The notes beneath the pieces are model-generated. The model worked only from the letters and a program-made list of their open reading frames with translations. It was not told the origin of the DNA and searched no databases. A stretch of 32,973 bases of DNA. It comes from Octopus bimaculoides. Its lineage: Eukaryota. The position numbers and the translations under genes are program-made. The stretch covers positions 12,174,581 through 12,207,553 of the forward strand of contig NC_068991.1 of assembly GCF_001194135.2 (NCBI RefSeq). Direction: 5' to 3'. Shown here in pieces: positions 1 to 12,120 of the stretch (its first letter is position 1; every line of letters starts with the position of its first letter).

Positions 1-669
1 TATATATATTTATATATATATATATATATACATGTATATATATATATATACATGTATATATGTGTGTGTGTATGTGTATGTTTATGTATGAATGTATAAG
101 CGTTTCAGTGTAAGTATGTATATGTCTATTAGTATGAAAGTACGTATGTGATTTATAAATGTATATATGTTTATATGTATGCCAACCAATACGTGAATGT
201 CTTCATATGTGTCTCTGTAAATGTATTCATATATGTGTGTGTGAGTATATATATATATATATTGGTATGTGTGTATATATATGTATCTATGTGTATGCGT
301 ATATAAGTATGTAAAATGACGCCGGTATGTAATTACGTTCTATGACTATATGTGTGTTTATATGTATAGCTATCAGTATCGAAGCTCATATATATATATG
401 TATGTCTGAGTCTATGTATGCATGTAAATGTATATACTTATGTGCGTGCATCTATTTCGAAATATGTGTATATGAGTGCATTGCGTCTGCGTATATGTGT
501 GTGCGTGTGTATGTATATGCATACGTATATATAAATAGATTAATTTGTGCAATATATGTGTATATATATATATATACGCAGTTACATGTATGTAGGTATG
601 TGTTAGTTGTGGATTTGCGTATATATAAACGTGAGTCTAATATGCAAGTATATGTGTGTGTGTGACTGG

Positions 670-727
<58 letters not shown>

Positions 728-808
728 ATACAGACACATAGTTATCTAAGCATACATATGTATTGTTTTAGAGATACATTTCCATACACACACACACACA
801 CACACACA
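1..808. repeat. Compound (TA)n/(TG)n/(CA)n low-complexity tract
   Basis: Directly visible; ends at gap 809-1199. Confidence 0.95.
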
Positions 809-1297
809 NNNNNNNNNNNNNNNNNNNNNNNNNNNNNNNNNNNNNNNNNNNNNNNNNNNNNNNNNNNNNNNNNNNNNNNNNNNNNNNNNNNNNNNNNNNN
901 NNNNNNNNNNNNNNNNNNNNNNNNNNNNNNNNNNNNNNNNNNNNNNNNNNNNNNNNNNNNNNNNNNNNNNNNNNNNNNNNNNNNNNNNNNNNNNNNNNNN
1001 NNNNNNNNNNNNNNNNNNNNNNNNNNNNNNNNNNNNNNNNNNNNNNNNNNNNNNNNNNNNNNNNNNNNNNNNNNNNNNNNNNNNNNNNNNNNNNNNNNNN
1101 NNNNNNNNNNNNNNNNNNNNNNNNNNNNNNNNNNNNNNNNNNNNNNNNNNNNNNNNNNNNNNNNNNNNNNNNNNNNNNNNNNNNNNNNNNNNNNNNNNNG
1201 TGTGTGTTGTGCTCTTGTTAAACAAGCAGTAATCATTTATTTCCTACTGTCTGAATATCCCTCAAATCCATGAGTCATAAAAAGCAGCGAAAAGTAG

Positions 1298-1299
1298 GA

Positions 1300-1330
<31 letters not shown>

Positions 1331-1710
1331 GCGGAGTGGGGAAAAAAACAAGAAAGAAACTACGTATAAAGCTGTAAAAATAGGAAAACGAAGAAACAGG
1401 GGGTGGGGAAATGGGGAGATAGTAGATGGGAGCTGGAGTGGAGAGAAAAGATAAAAAGAAAGATAAAATAGCAGAAGACGAAAGAAAAATTTAGTAATTC
1501 GACCATTCGCATGAAAGTTGTTATGCGTGATAACATATATAGGGACTTTGTGGCGGTAATGGCTTATACACACACATACATACACACTTATACACTCATA
1601 CATACGCACACATATACATATATAGACGCGCACACATAAACACACACACACAGACACGCAACACACACATGCATATATACATATATGCACATACATGTAC
1701 ATACATACAT

Positions 1711-1743
<33 letters not shown>

Positions 1744-1796
1744 CATACATACATACATATAGATAGATAGAGAGAGAGAGAGAGAGATTGATATAG

Positions 1797-1838
<42 letters not shown>

Positions 1839-1940
1839 TTCTGTTTGTGTTTATGTTTGTGCATACACACTCTTGAGCAGACATGAACATATACTCCTGA
1901 AGATATCCATATATATNNNNNNNNNNNNNNNNNNNNNNNN

Positions 1941-1977
<37 letters not shown>

Positions 1978-2060
1978 CATACATATATATACATATATAT
2001 ATGTATATATATCATATGCATTATACACATTCATATACACACATATGCATGTGTGTGCGC
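1298..2060. repeat. (GAAA)n 1298-1330, purine-rich stretch, then compound (TACA)/(TA)/(GATA)/(GA)/(TG) tracts
   Basis: Directly visible; includes gap 1917-1940. Confidence 0.9.
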
Positions 2061-2224
2061 CTATATATATACAGGCAGCCAACACAATTTTTTAGCGATT
2101 CAACCCGGCGTCCACATTTTATTATTTGTTCCTTTCTTATGGATAGAATAGGCACACGATGCGTATGAAGGAAACAACTTTTCTTTATAAGCATATTTTT
2201 CGGTCATTTTCTGATTAACAACGC

Positions 2225-2390
2225 TGCAGTTTCTTCTCTAACAAATTCAATCACAAGTCTGTGGTTAACCTAGGGCTATATTAGAAAACGCCCAATATAC
2301 CGTGCAGGGGGACTGAACTTAGACCGATGTACCTGGGAAGGAAACTTTTCAACCACACAGTCATTCTGGCGTGTAATATGTGTATTTGTG
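2225..2390 (-). mobile_element. Degenerate 5' half of SINE family A
   Basis: Reverse complement aligns loosely with the head/body of the full copy at 19901-20050 (ctatatta/ctatagta motif, gactgaac B-box region, accacacag end). Confidence 0.6.
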
Positions 2391-2544
2391 CTTACATATC
2401 TGGTTAAATCGAGTATTCTGTCCCACTATGTCAAAGTTAGCAGTTCATCAAGCAGAGATCTATAAATTAAGTGCCAGATTGAAATACGTGCTGAGGTCAG
2501 TATGATCAATTAAATTTTTGACGATAATAACCCATCATGGTAAC

Positions 2545-3062
2545 AGTCGAAATATTAAACCCAGTAAAATATGTTTAAAACTCCGAAAGGATGAAAGGCA
2601 ATGTCGACTTCGGTGGGATTTGAACTCAGACGAAATGCCGTGAAGCATTTTGCCCAGAATACTTACGATTTTGCCAGCTCGCCGACTTACTCATGTCTCC
2701 AATAACAGCTTAGAACTATTGCATATGGCCAGAATTTTAGTGGGAGGTGGCTAGTCGATAACATTGATCCCAGATCTCATCTGGTACTTTATTTTGTCAA
2801 CTTCGGAAGACTGAAAGGTAAAGTTGACCTCGGCGGCATTTGAAATCAGAAAAGTAAGAAATGCCACAAGCCATTTTGTCCGATGCCCTAACAATCCAAC
2901 CAAACCATCACTTCAGTTGCCTTAATAGTGTTTCAAGTTTGGCACAATTCCAGAAAATTTAGTGGGTGTGAGTTACTTTATAACACCAAACCAGTGTTCA
3001 ACTGGTACTTTTTTATCGATCCCGAAATGAGGAAAGGCAAAAACAGCAGGGATTTGAACTCA
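2545..3062 (-). mobile_element. Three old, diverged head-to-tail copies of SINE family B (about 2545-2688, 2720-2925, 2930-3062)
   Basis: Each carries variants of ctggtact..tttatcga.cccgaaaggatgaaaggcaaagtcgac..cggcgg.atttgaactca, the reverse complement of the B core seen intact at 19388-19601. Confidence 0.7.
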
Positions 3063-3094
3063 CTTAGATCAGTAATAATTAAAAATCGTTTCTA

Positions 3095-3533
3095 ATATAA
3101 TTGTTTACTACTCTAGGCACAAGGCCCGAAACTTTTAGGGAGGGGGTCAGTCGATTAGATTGACTCTAGTAGGCAACTGGTACTTAATTTTTCGACCCCG
3201 AAAGGATGAAAAGCAAAGTCGACCTCGGCGGAATTTGAACTCAGAACGTAAAGACAGACAAAATACTGCCAAGCATTTCGCCCGGCATGCTAACGTTTCT
3301 TATTTCTTTATTGCCCACAAGGGGCTAAACATAGAGGGAACAAACAAGGACAGACAAAGGGATTAAGTCGATTACATCGATCCCAGTGCGTAACTGGTAC
3401 TTAATTTATCGACCCGAAAGGATGAAAAGAAAAGTCGACCACAGCGGAATTTGAACTCAGAACGTAACGGTAGACGAAATACCGTTAAGCATTTCGCCCG
3501 GTGTGCTAACGTTTCTGCCAGATCACCGCCTTA
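3095..3533 (-). mobile_element. SINE family B dimer (upstream unit 3301-3533, downstream unit 3095-3300)
   Basis: Reverse complement reads aaggcggtgatctggcagaaacgttagcac..gagttcaaattccg..gggcaataaagaaataag|aaacgttagcatgccggg..; pol III A-box-like TGGCAGAAACG and B-box-like GAGTTCAAATTCC. Confidence 0.9.
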
Positions 3534-3811
3534 CTGAACGAAATAATGGAAGTGTGTATAGAGGCTTACATATATAGAATTGATATGATAAAGAGAGACA
3601 GACAGGCAGACTGGGAAGGGAGAAAGATGTGAAGGGAGGGAAGAGAGAAACTAATTATATTAGAGGTATGCATGAAAAACCTTGAAAACCGACTAAAGAT
3701 AAAATATTGAAAATGGGTGCTTTTATGCAGGAGTATACATATGTATGTATACGTTTCGCCACTGTGTCTTTGGGTGTGTGGTGGATGTGTGTGTGCACGC
3801 GCGTGTAAGTC

Positions 3812-3813
<2 letters not shown>

Positions 3814-3856
<43 letters not shown>

Positions 3857-3993
3857 AAGGATGGTGTTCTTTCATATATATAGTAATTAAAAGAAACTTA
3901 ACGGAAACTAGCACATAATGAAAATACAATCCAGAAGATAAGAATCAACACAGTACAACGTGAATAATAACAACAACAACAACAACAATAGGT

Positions 3994-4049
<56 letters not shown>
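3814..4049. repeat. (TG)n 3814-3854; (AAT/AAC)n 3963-3989; (TAGA)n 3994-4049
   Basis: Directly visible. Confidence 0.95.
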
Positions 4050-4550
4050 GTGAAAAGAGTGAGAAGAGTGAGGAGAGAGCAAAACTTTGACAGTCGGAAA
4101 ATAGGAAACAGTAAAATAAAAGATTCCTATAAGAAATCTTCAACAGAAGAAAATCAGCAAACATCAACGTTATTAATTATCTCCCTTTATTTTTACTGTT
4201 CTGAAGTTTACTGGTTATGTTGACACGCTTCATATCAGTTATACAATGATTCGAGCAACAGTTGGAATAATGAATTCATGTTTATTTCGTTATCTGACTG
4301 TAAACACATTTATACAGCGGGTGCTTAATCATGTTTTACTTAGCATATGGTGAGAAAAATCTAGAAAGAAAGAACCACCAAAATTCATATTGTTCTTTAT
4401 TTTCTTATACATGAAATGAAACATTGAACAATGGATTTCTAGATAGACTATGTCTGGAAAGAAAGTAGAATTTATGAAAGACTCATAACAGGAATGCGTT
4501 TGATTATAGGTCTGCTCAATCAGGATTGACTTGGGGTTAAACAATAACAG

Positions 4551-4868
4551 CGTTTCGGGGTCGATAAATTAAGTACCAGTTACGCACTGGTATCGATATA
4601 ATCCACTTAATCCGTTTGTCTGTCCTTGTTTGTCCCATCTATGTTTAGCCCCTTGTGGGCAATAAAGAAATAAGAAACGTTAGCACGCCGGACGAAATGC
4701 TTAGCGGTATTTCGTCTGTCTTTACGTTCTGAGTTCAAATTTCGCCGTGGTCGAATTTGCCCATTCATCCTTTCGGGTTCGATCAAATAAGTACCAGTTA
4801 CGGACTGTGGTCGATGTAATTGACTTAACCCGTTTGTCTGTCCATGTTTGTGCCCTCATTTTTTACGC
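4551..4868 (+). mobile_element. 5'-truncated SINE B dimer
   Basis: Starts in the core (ttcggggtcgataaattaagtaccag) and contains the junction gggcaataaagaaataagaaacgttagca at about 4657-4685, followed by a second unit. Confidence 0.9.
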
Positions 4869-5470
4869 CAAGACCAAACAAATGCATGTTAAACAGTTCC
4901 AATCAGTTAAAAATCAGAAACCACCAAATCCAGTGCCTGAGTGAAAGAGCAGCGCACGCCATCAAAGTGACGCTGGGGTACAAATATACGAAGCCAAATA
5001 TATACATTATGACTACCAGTCTAATAAGAGTAGACTAGGCACATGCACCACAACCATATGTGAGCGACATGGTGACCTCATATCATAATGCACAGCGTAA
5101 GACCTTGCAAGTGGGGCCCAGATAGAATTTTCTTCCGGTCGAGTAGCCCATCCCGCACCAAAGAGCCCTGAATGGGGGTTGTTTAAAGATGATGAAGGAA
5201 ACACTCATGTTTTCAGGGGTGAATTATTCAAACCCCGCAAGATTCCTCTCAACACATGGCTATGATGGTCCTCCACTATATTTGCTCGTGATCAGCGATG
5301 CACATATCGTTAGCCTCCTGCTCAAGCAAAAAAGAAGAAAATCAGTGGTATTGAGTAGAATATTTGCTGTACCCAATCAAGTGAAAATATGGACATGATA
5401 ACACGTCCAGTCAGTTAAGATCAGAAGCCATGAGAGCCAGTGCCCGGTACTGCTTCAAAGCATTTATTAA
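4860..5470. mobile_element. Unclassified repeat-like element with diverged direct repeats about 509 bp apart, followed by (ATT)n
   Basis: 4885-4940 catgttaaacagttccaatcagttaaaaatcagaaaccaccaaatccagtgcctg resembles 5394-5446 catgataacacgtccagtcagttaagatcagaagccatgagagccagtgcccg. Class is inferred only. Confidence 0.45.
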
Positions 5471-5471
5471 A

Positions 5472-5503
<32 letters not shown>

Positions 5504-5512
5504 CATTATTAT

Positions 5513-5700
5513 TAAGACGACGAGCTGGCATAATTAGCATGCTGAAAATGCTTAGCTTAGTATTTCGTCCGCCCTTACGTTCTGAGTTCAAACGCCGTCT
5601 GAGTCGACGAGTTAAGTACCAGTTACGCACTGAGTTCGACGTAATCGACTGCCCCCCCCCACCCCCAAAGATTTCAGTCCTTGTGCCTATATTAGAAAAG
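5513..5700 (+). mobile_element. SINE B monomer, internally deleted, tail type 1
   Basis: acgagctggcataattagcatg..ttctgagttcaaa..taagtaccagttacgcactg..ccttgtgcctatattagaaaag followed by (ATT)n. Confidence 0.8.
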
Positions 5701-5796
5701 ATTATTATTATTATAGGTTATTTCTTTCCAGACTAGACAAAATGAGCCGCCAAGAGGCATTATGTAGAAAAATCTGTTGATAAAGGTTCAAGGTTA

Positions 5797-5820
5797 CTCT
5801 CTCTCTCACACACACACACA

Positions 5821-5854
<34 letters not shown>

Positions 5855-6093
5855 TACACAAAAATAATATTTATACACATACATATAAAAATGCTTTATT
5901 TTTGTGTATATGCCTGTTGTGCGCATATGTATGCAGACAGACAAACATTGCCATTATACATGCTAACATATACAAGATATACCTTCGACGCTAACATACC
6001 CGTGCACGAGTGTGAAAGTATGTAACGCATGTTCTTTTGTTTTTGCTTTTGTTTTTTTTGTTTTTTCGTGTGATTGTGTATTATATCAGTATA

Positions 6094-6131
<38 letters not shown>

Positions 6132-6228
6132 NNNNNNNNNNNNNNNNNNNNNNNNNNNNNNNNNNNNNNNNNNNNNNNNNNNNNNNNNNNGTGTGTGTGT
6201 GTGTGTGTGTGCGTGTGTGTGTGTGTGT
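5797..6228. repeat. (CT)/(CA)n, (TA)n and (GT)n tracts around gap 6132-6190
   Basis: Directly visible. Confidence 0.9.
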
Positions 6229-6527
6229 AATATATAATATGCGTATCTGAGTATACGTATGTATGCGCATGCGCATGAGTGTGTCTAATGTAAATATCTA
6301 AAAGCATATGGCAACACTGTTTATACTGTGCTATTTCGAGTGTGTCCAAAGCTGATAGTTTGTGAAAACATGTCTGTTTGATGGGGGACCCTTCTTTTGA
6401 GGTTTCCCTACCATCTTCCCATTCCAACCCTAACCCTTCGTATCCCACCCTATCCGTCTACCACCCACCCCAACACTTCCGTCTACCCTTCTTTCCACAC
6501 TTCTTTCCTTCCAAAACCTACTACTGT

Positions 6528-6888
6528 CCTTCTTCTTCTTCTTCTTCTTCGTATCGTCGAGGACGATGGTGATGATGATGATGATGATGATGATGATGAC
6601 GACGATTATGATGATGATGAGGATGATGATGATGACGATGACGATGGCGACGACGACGACGACGATGATGATGATGATGATGACGATGACGATGACAATG
6701 ATGACGACGATGATGATGATGATGATGACGATGATGATTGTGGTGGTGGTGGTGATGGGTTTCCAAACCCATCCTATTTTGTGTGTTTTTCTTTATGTTT
6801 CTTTCATAAAATAGCAATTAACGGTGCCCATCTGCTGTAGTGAGAAGAAGACGAGAAAGACGAAACAGGAGACAACGTAGTGTTAGTT

Positions 6889-6924
<36 letters not shown>

Positions 6925-7090
6925 CAAATAAAAGACGGAGATGATGATGAACATGATGATGATGATGAAGAAGAAGAAGAAGAAGAAGAAGAAGAAGAAG
7001 AAGAAGAAGAAGAAGAAGAAGAAGAAGAAGAAGAAGAAGAAGAAGAAGAAGAAGAAGAAGAAGAAGAAGAAGACGACGACGAAGATGACA
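6528..7090. repeat. Compound triplet arrays (CTT)n, (GAT/GAC)n, (GGT)n, (GTA)n, (GAT)n, (GAA)n
   Basis: Directly visible; these generate the poly-D/H/M/E/K/S/L ORFs. Confidence 0.95.
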
Positions 7091-7939
7091 ACGGAGGATG
7101 GGAAAAAGGAGGGGGGAAGGAGAGAGCTCCTTGAAAAGGGAGTTTCTTTNNNNNNNNNNNNNNNNNNNNNNNNNNNNNNNNNNNNNNNNNNNNNNNNNNN
7201 NNNNNNNNNNNNNNNNNNNNNNNNNNNNNNNNNNNNNNNNNNNNNNNNNNNNNNNNNNNNNNNNNNNNNNNNNNNNNNNNNNNNNNNNNNNNNNNNNNNN
7301 NNNNNNNNNNNNNNNNNNNNNNNNNNNNNNNNNNNNNNNNNNNNNNNNNNNNNNNNNNNNNNNNNNNNNNNNNNNNNNNNNNNNNNNNNNNNNNNNNNNN
7401 NNNNNNNNNNNNNNNNNNNNNNNNNNNNNNNNNNNNNNNNNNNNNNNNNNNNNNNNNNNNNNNNNNNNNNNNNNNNNNNNNNNNNNNNNNNNNNNNNNNN
7501 NNNNNNNNNNNNNNNNNNNNNNNNNNNNNNNNNNNNNNNNNNNNNNNNNNNNNNNNNNNNNNNNNNNNNNNNNNNNNNNNNNNNNNNNNNNNNNNNNNNN
7601 NNNNNNNNNNNNNNNNNNNNNNNNNNNNNNNNNNNNNNNNNNNNNNNNNNNNNNNNNNNNNNNNNNNNNNNNNNNNNNNNNNNNNNNNNNNNNNNNNNNN
7701 NNNNNNNNNNNNNNNNNNNNNNNNNNNNNNNNNNNNNNNNNNNNNNNNNNNNNNNNNNNNNNNNNNNNNNNNNNNNNNNNNNNNNNNNNNNNNNNNNNNN
7801 NNNNNNNNNNNNNNNNNNNNNNNNNNNNNNNNNNNNNNNNNNNNNNNNNNNNNNNNNNNNNNNNNNNNNNNNNNNNNNNNNNNNNNNNNNNNNNNNNNNN
7901 NNNNNNNNNNNNNNNNNNNNNNNNNNNNNNNNNNNNNNN

Positions 7940-7994
<55 letters not shown>

Positions 7995-7997
7995 GCC

Positions 7998-8030
<33 letters not shown>

Positions 8031-8522
8031 GTGTGCGCGTGTATATATGAATTATTTTTAGTACGATGATTTCTTCCCTCAAGCACTCATACGCATTCAC
8101 ACACACACACACACAAACACACACACGCATGCACACATATACACATGAATACACATACATACACACACACATAAACATAGATAGACACACACAAAATACG
8201 CATAAATCTCATTCTCTAGAGATGCATCAGAAAATCATTTCAGTATTGCAAAGATATACAATTATATATGCATATTTATGCACACACACACACACACACG
8301 CACACACACACACACATACACACAAACACACACACACACACACACATATACATATATATATATATATATATATGCTCTTTACTTGTTTGAGTCATTTGAC
8401 TACGGCCATGCTGGAGCACCGCCTTTAGTCGAGCATATCGACCCGATGACTTATTCTATCATCATCATCATCATCATCACCATCATCATCAACATCATTA
8501 TTATTATAATTATTATTATTAT
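7940..8522. repeat. (TG)n/(CA)n/(TA)n tracts and (ATC)n(ATT)n 8458-8522
   Basis: Directly visible; follows gap 7150-7939. Confidence 0.9.
8375..8457 (-). mobile_element. Isolated 3' tail of SINE family A
   Basis: Reverse complement agaataagtcatcgggtcgatatgctcgactaaaggcggtgctccagcatggccgtagtcaaatgactcaaacaagtaaagag matches 20231-20315. Confidence 0.9.
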
Positions 8523-8526
8523 ATGC

Positions 8527-8601
8527 CCACGGGCATATGACGTAGTGGTTAAGAGCGCGGACTACTAACCCCAAGATTCCGAGTTCGATTCCAGGCAGTG
8601 A

Positions 8602-8646
<45 letters not shown>

Positions 8647-8792
8647 CAACAACAACAACATCGAACCCAGGTTCGAAATTTCCTCAAGACACCTGATGAA
8701 GCCTGGAAGGTATATATCAGCCGAAACGCTGTGTTAACAACAAACAAGATGAGGACAAATATCCGTCAAATGTAAATAATGTAAATAATGTA
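8527..8792 (+). mobile_element. tRNA-headed SINE-like element (family E): head, (AAT)n(AAC)n, hammerhead-like tail, (TGTAAATAA)n end
   Basis: A-box-like TGACGTAGTGG, B-box-like GAGTTCGATTCC, internal triplet tract 8606-8660, hammerhead-like motif 8688-8735, terminal tgtaaataa-tgtaaataa-tgtac. Confidence 0.75.
8688..8735 (+). ncRNA. Degenerate minimal type-I hammerhead ribozyme motif
   Basis: GACAC-CTGATGA-A-GCCTGG(loop)TCAGCC-GAAAC-GCT-GTGTT. Helix I GACAC/GTGTT; helix II has one mismatch; cleavage triplet is GCU, not NUH, so this copy is probably inactive. Confidence 0.6.
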
Positions 8793-9490
8793 CAATGACA
8801 AATAGTTAAAAAGAAAATACATGACTTATTTCACAACGTGGACCATACTTAAATACACTGTAATAAAGGATGTAGGTTGACGAAATTACAAATCGAGTCT
8901 ATACAAAATTAGAACGGTACTCTTTTGTTAGTAGTGTACAAATGGCAAATGATTGTAGTAAGGTTAATAAGAGTAATTATGATACTATTAATTGCGATAG
9001 TAACAGTATTGTTACTGGTGAACATAACTATAACAATGTTAATAGCGTAGATGTTACTGCTTCCTACCATCGTATTTCTTCGGTGGTAGCACATCTGGCC
9101 TCTGCTTCAGGAATTCATTTACATTTCAGAACAGACGGTACACGTATCAACAGCTTGGTAAAATACTTGCAACGGGCAAACGTAACTTCCTTGAATTCTA
9201 GGCATATGTTTATGAGATATTCTCCTAAAGATCAACATAAATTAACAACTGTTATCAGCAATGTACAAAAGAGACAACAAATTACGCTACGAAACCCCGT
9301 TTAACAATTACCTATGGACTCTCTGATACATAATAAACTACGTGCAATTAAATAAAGATTGTATCATTACAAAAGGCGGAAGTTAACAACAGATGATTGA
9401 AGAGTTCAAAATGTAAGGCAGTTAAGCAGTTAAGTAAGCAATTATTGAAAGTAAAATAACCTAAATGTGAGTAAATAAACTTAGAGAAGT

Positions 9491-9867
9491 GGAGGCGCAA
9501 TGGCCCAGTGGTTAGAGCAGCGGACTCGCAGTCACAGGATCGCGGTTTCGATTCCCAGACCGGGCGTTGTGAGTGTTTATTGAGCGAAAACACCTACAGC
9601 TCCACGAGGCTCCGGCAGGGGATGGTGGCGAACCTTGCTGTACTCTTTCACCACAACTTTCTCTCACTCTTACTTCCTGCTTCTGTTGTGCCTGTAATTC
9701 AAAGGGTCAGCCTTGTTACAATGTGTCACGCTGAATATCCCCCGAGAACTACGTTAAGGGTACACGTGTCTGTGGAGTGCTCAGCCACTTGCACGTTAAT
9801 TTGACGAGCAGGCTGTTCTGTTGATCTGATCAACTGGAACCCTCGACGTCGTAAGCGACGGAGTGCC
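9491..9867 (+). mobile_element. tRNA-derived SINE family C, near full length, runs into a gap
   Basis: A-box TGGCCCAGTGG and B-box GTTTCGATTCC. The 3' body (ctgtaattcaaagggtcagcc..gtgtctgtggagtgctcagccacttgcacgttaat) is shared with 32050-32178. Confidence 0.85.
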
Positions 9868-10652
9868 NNNNNNNNNNNNNNNNNNNNNNNNNNNNNNNNN
9901 NNNNNNNNNNNNNNNNNNNNNNNNNNNNNNNNNNNNNNNNNNNNNNNNNNNNNNNNNNNNNNNNNNNNNNNNNNNNNNNNNNNNNNNNNNNNNNNNNNNN
10001 NNNNNNNNNNNNNNNNNNNNNNNNNNNNNNNNNNNNNNNNNNNNNNNNNNNNNNNNNNNNNNNNNNNNNNNNNNNNNNNNNNNNNNNNNNNNNNNNNNNN
10101 NNNNNNNNNNNNNNNNNNNNNNNNNNNNNNNNNNNNNNNNNNNNNNNNNNNNNNNNNNNNNNNNNNNNNNNNNNNNNNNNNNNNNNNNNNNNNNNNNNNN
10201 NNNNNNNNNNNNNNNNNNNNNNNNNNNNNNNNNNNNNNNNNNNNNNNNNNNNNNNNNNNNNNNNNNNNNNNNNNNNNNNNNNNNNNNNNNNNNNNNNNNN
10301 NNNNNNNNNNNNNNNNNNNNNNNNNNNNNNNNNNNNNNNNNNNNNNNNNNNNNNNNNNNNNNNNNNNNNNNNNNNNNNNNNNNNNNNNNNNNNNNNNNNN
10401 NNNNNNNNNNNNNNNNNNNNNNNNNNNNNNNNNNNNNNNNNATATATATATATATATATATATATACTCAAGTGCACACACACAGACATAGAGAACTGCA
10501 ACGTTGCGTTGGCAACGGTACTGTTACTACATATTTCTTGCGCAGAGGTTTAAAGCTAGCTGTTCTTCTGTTTTTGAAATCAGCGACTGCTATCTCTAGT
10601 CGGTGGTTGTCCTATACCGGCGAAGGGAAATTACCCGGAAACCATTGATCTA

Positions 10653-10706
10653 CAGTCTCCATCTACTACACGGTCTCCGTCTACCACACAGTCTCTGTCT
10701 ACCAGA
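10653..10706. repeat. 18-bp unit x3
   Basis: cagtctccatctactaca / cggtctccgtctaccaca / cagtctctgtctaccaga. Confidence 0.85.
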
Positions 10707-10835
10707 TTCTCTCAAAAGCCATTAGTCGGTCTGGGGTTTTAGTAGAAGATACGCGACCAAGGTGTGGCGAAGTGTGACTGAACACAAAACAACGTAGCTT
10801 GCAATGCGAGTTTCTTGACCACAAAGTCATTTCTG
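10689..10835 (-). mobile_element. Degenerate 5' half of SINE family A
   Basis: gtctctgtctaccagatt..gtcggtctggggttttagtagaagatac..gactgaac..accacaaag aligns to the reverse complement of 19905-20050. Confidence 0.65.
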
Positions 10836-11229
10836 ATAATACTACCATCCTGTCTGTGATTCCAGCAATAAAATCAAAATTAGGTTATACAAGTTTAAGT
10901 AATTTTAAATGAAAGCTGAACACATAAACACAAACGGACAACCATCAGTGTATGTTTAGGGGAATATAAAAGTGATCACGGATAAACTGATAAACAACCT
11001 TAAACCCGGCGATGGTGTTTACTTTTGGCACATCATTTTCATGACCAGTTGATGCTTATTACAAAACGCGGGTAACAATTACCATTTCATTTATAAAATG
11101 AACCCTGGAGTTCTAGAAAATTAGGAACGTAATTGAGCGAAACGATATATAATAGCTAATAAGGAAATATGAAAAGTAATTAATGAAAACGGTTAAACTC
11201 AAACACAGAAATGGCAATTATAACTCGCA

Positions 11230-11265
11230 CAGACACAAACACACACACGCACGCTCGCACGCACA

Positions 11266-11306
<41 letters not shown>

Positions 11307-11345
11307 ACATACACACACGCTCACACAAACAAACAAAGGTATGTC

Positions 11346-11387
<42 letters not shown>

Positions 11388-11460
11388 CTAGCTATAAAAT
11401 AATGCGATACATATATTGGATTAAAGTAGTAATATATACATACATACATACATACATACA

Positions 11461-11537
<77 letters not shown>

Positions 11538-11721
11538 GCATGTGTGTGTTTATGTGTGTGCGTTTATGTGTGTGTGTGTGTTCTTTTGAAGGTATCTCTT
11601 CTTTTTCTTCATTCAATTTCACTGACTTTTGTATATTAAAAACATTTTTGCCTCGAACCTATTTTCATGTTTTCATATTTTCAGCCTCTTTATAATCTTC
11701 TTAGTGTTCCTATTGTCTTCG

Positions 11722-11783
<62 letters not shown>

Positions 11784-11802
11784 CATCATCATTATCATTA
11801 TA

Positions 11803-11859
<57 letters not shown>

Positions 11860-12088
11860 TGCCTTTGGTGCTTTGTTTGCCATCAACGCCAACATCCTCA
11901 TCGTGACGTATTTGTTGTCGGCTGCGGCGTCAGCAACATCCTCACCGCAATATATATGGTAAGCATATTTCAATGCGAATGACTATGGAATCTTGATGTC
12001 TCCTTGTGTATGTCTTCAGGTGTATACTTGCATAGCAAGAAAATAATGATAATAACAACAATAGAAACATCACCGATATCAACATCAT

Positions 12089-12120
<32 letters not shown>

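Noticed and set aside
2545-3533. CRISPR-like or satellite-like periodic repeats
   Set aside because: The units are roughly 200-bp SINE copies without unique spacers, in a eukaryotic context.
6397-7134. Poly-Asp, poly-His, poly-Met, poly-Glu and poly-Lys ORFs (possible acidic protein)
   Set aside because: All frames on both strands are open because of pure triplet microsatellites. There is no complex coding sequence or splice evidence.
9491-9570. Possible real tRNA genes at SINE heads (also 8527, 19901, 31900)
   Set aside because: A/B boxes are present, but there is no complete cloverleaf or acceptor stem, and each continues into a repeat body.
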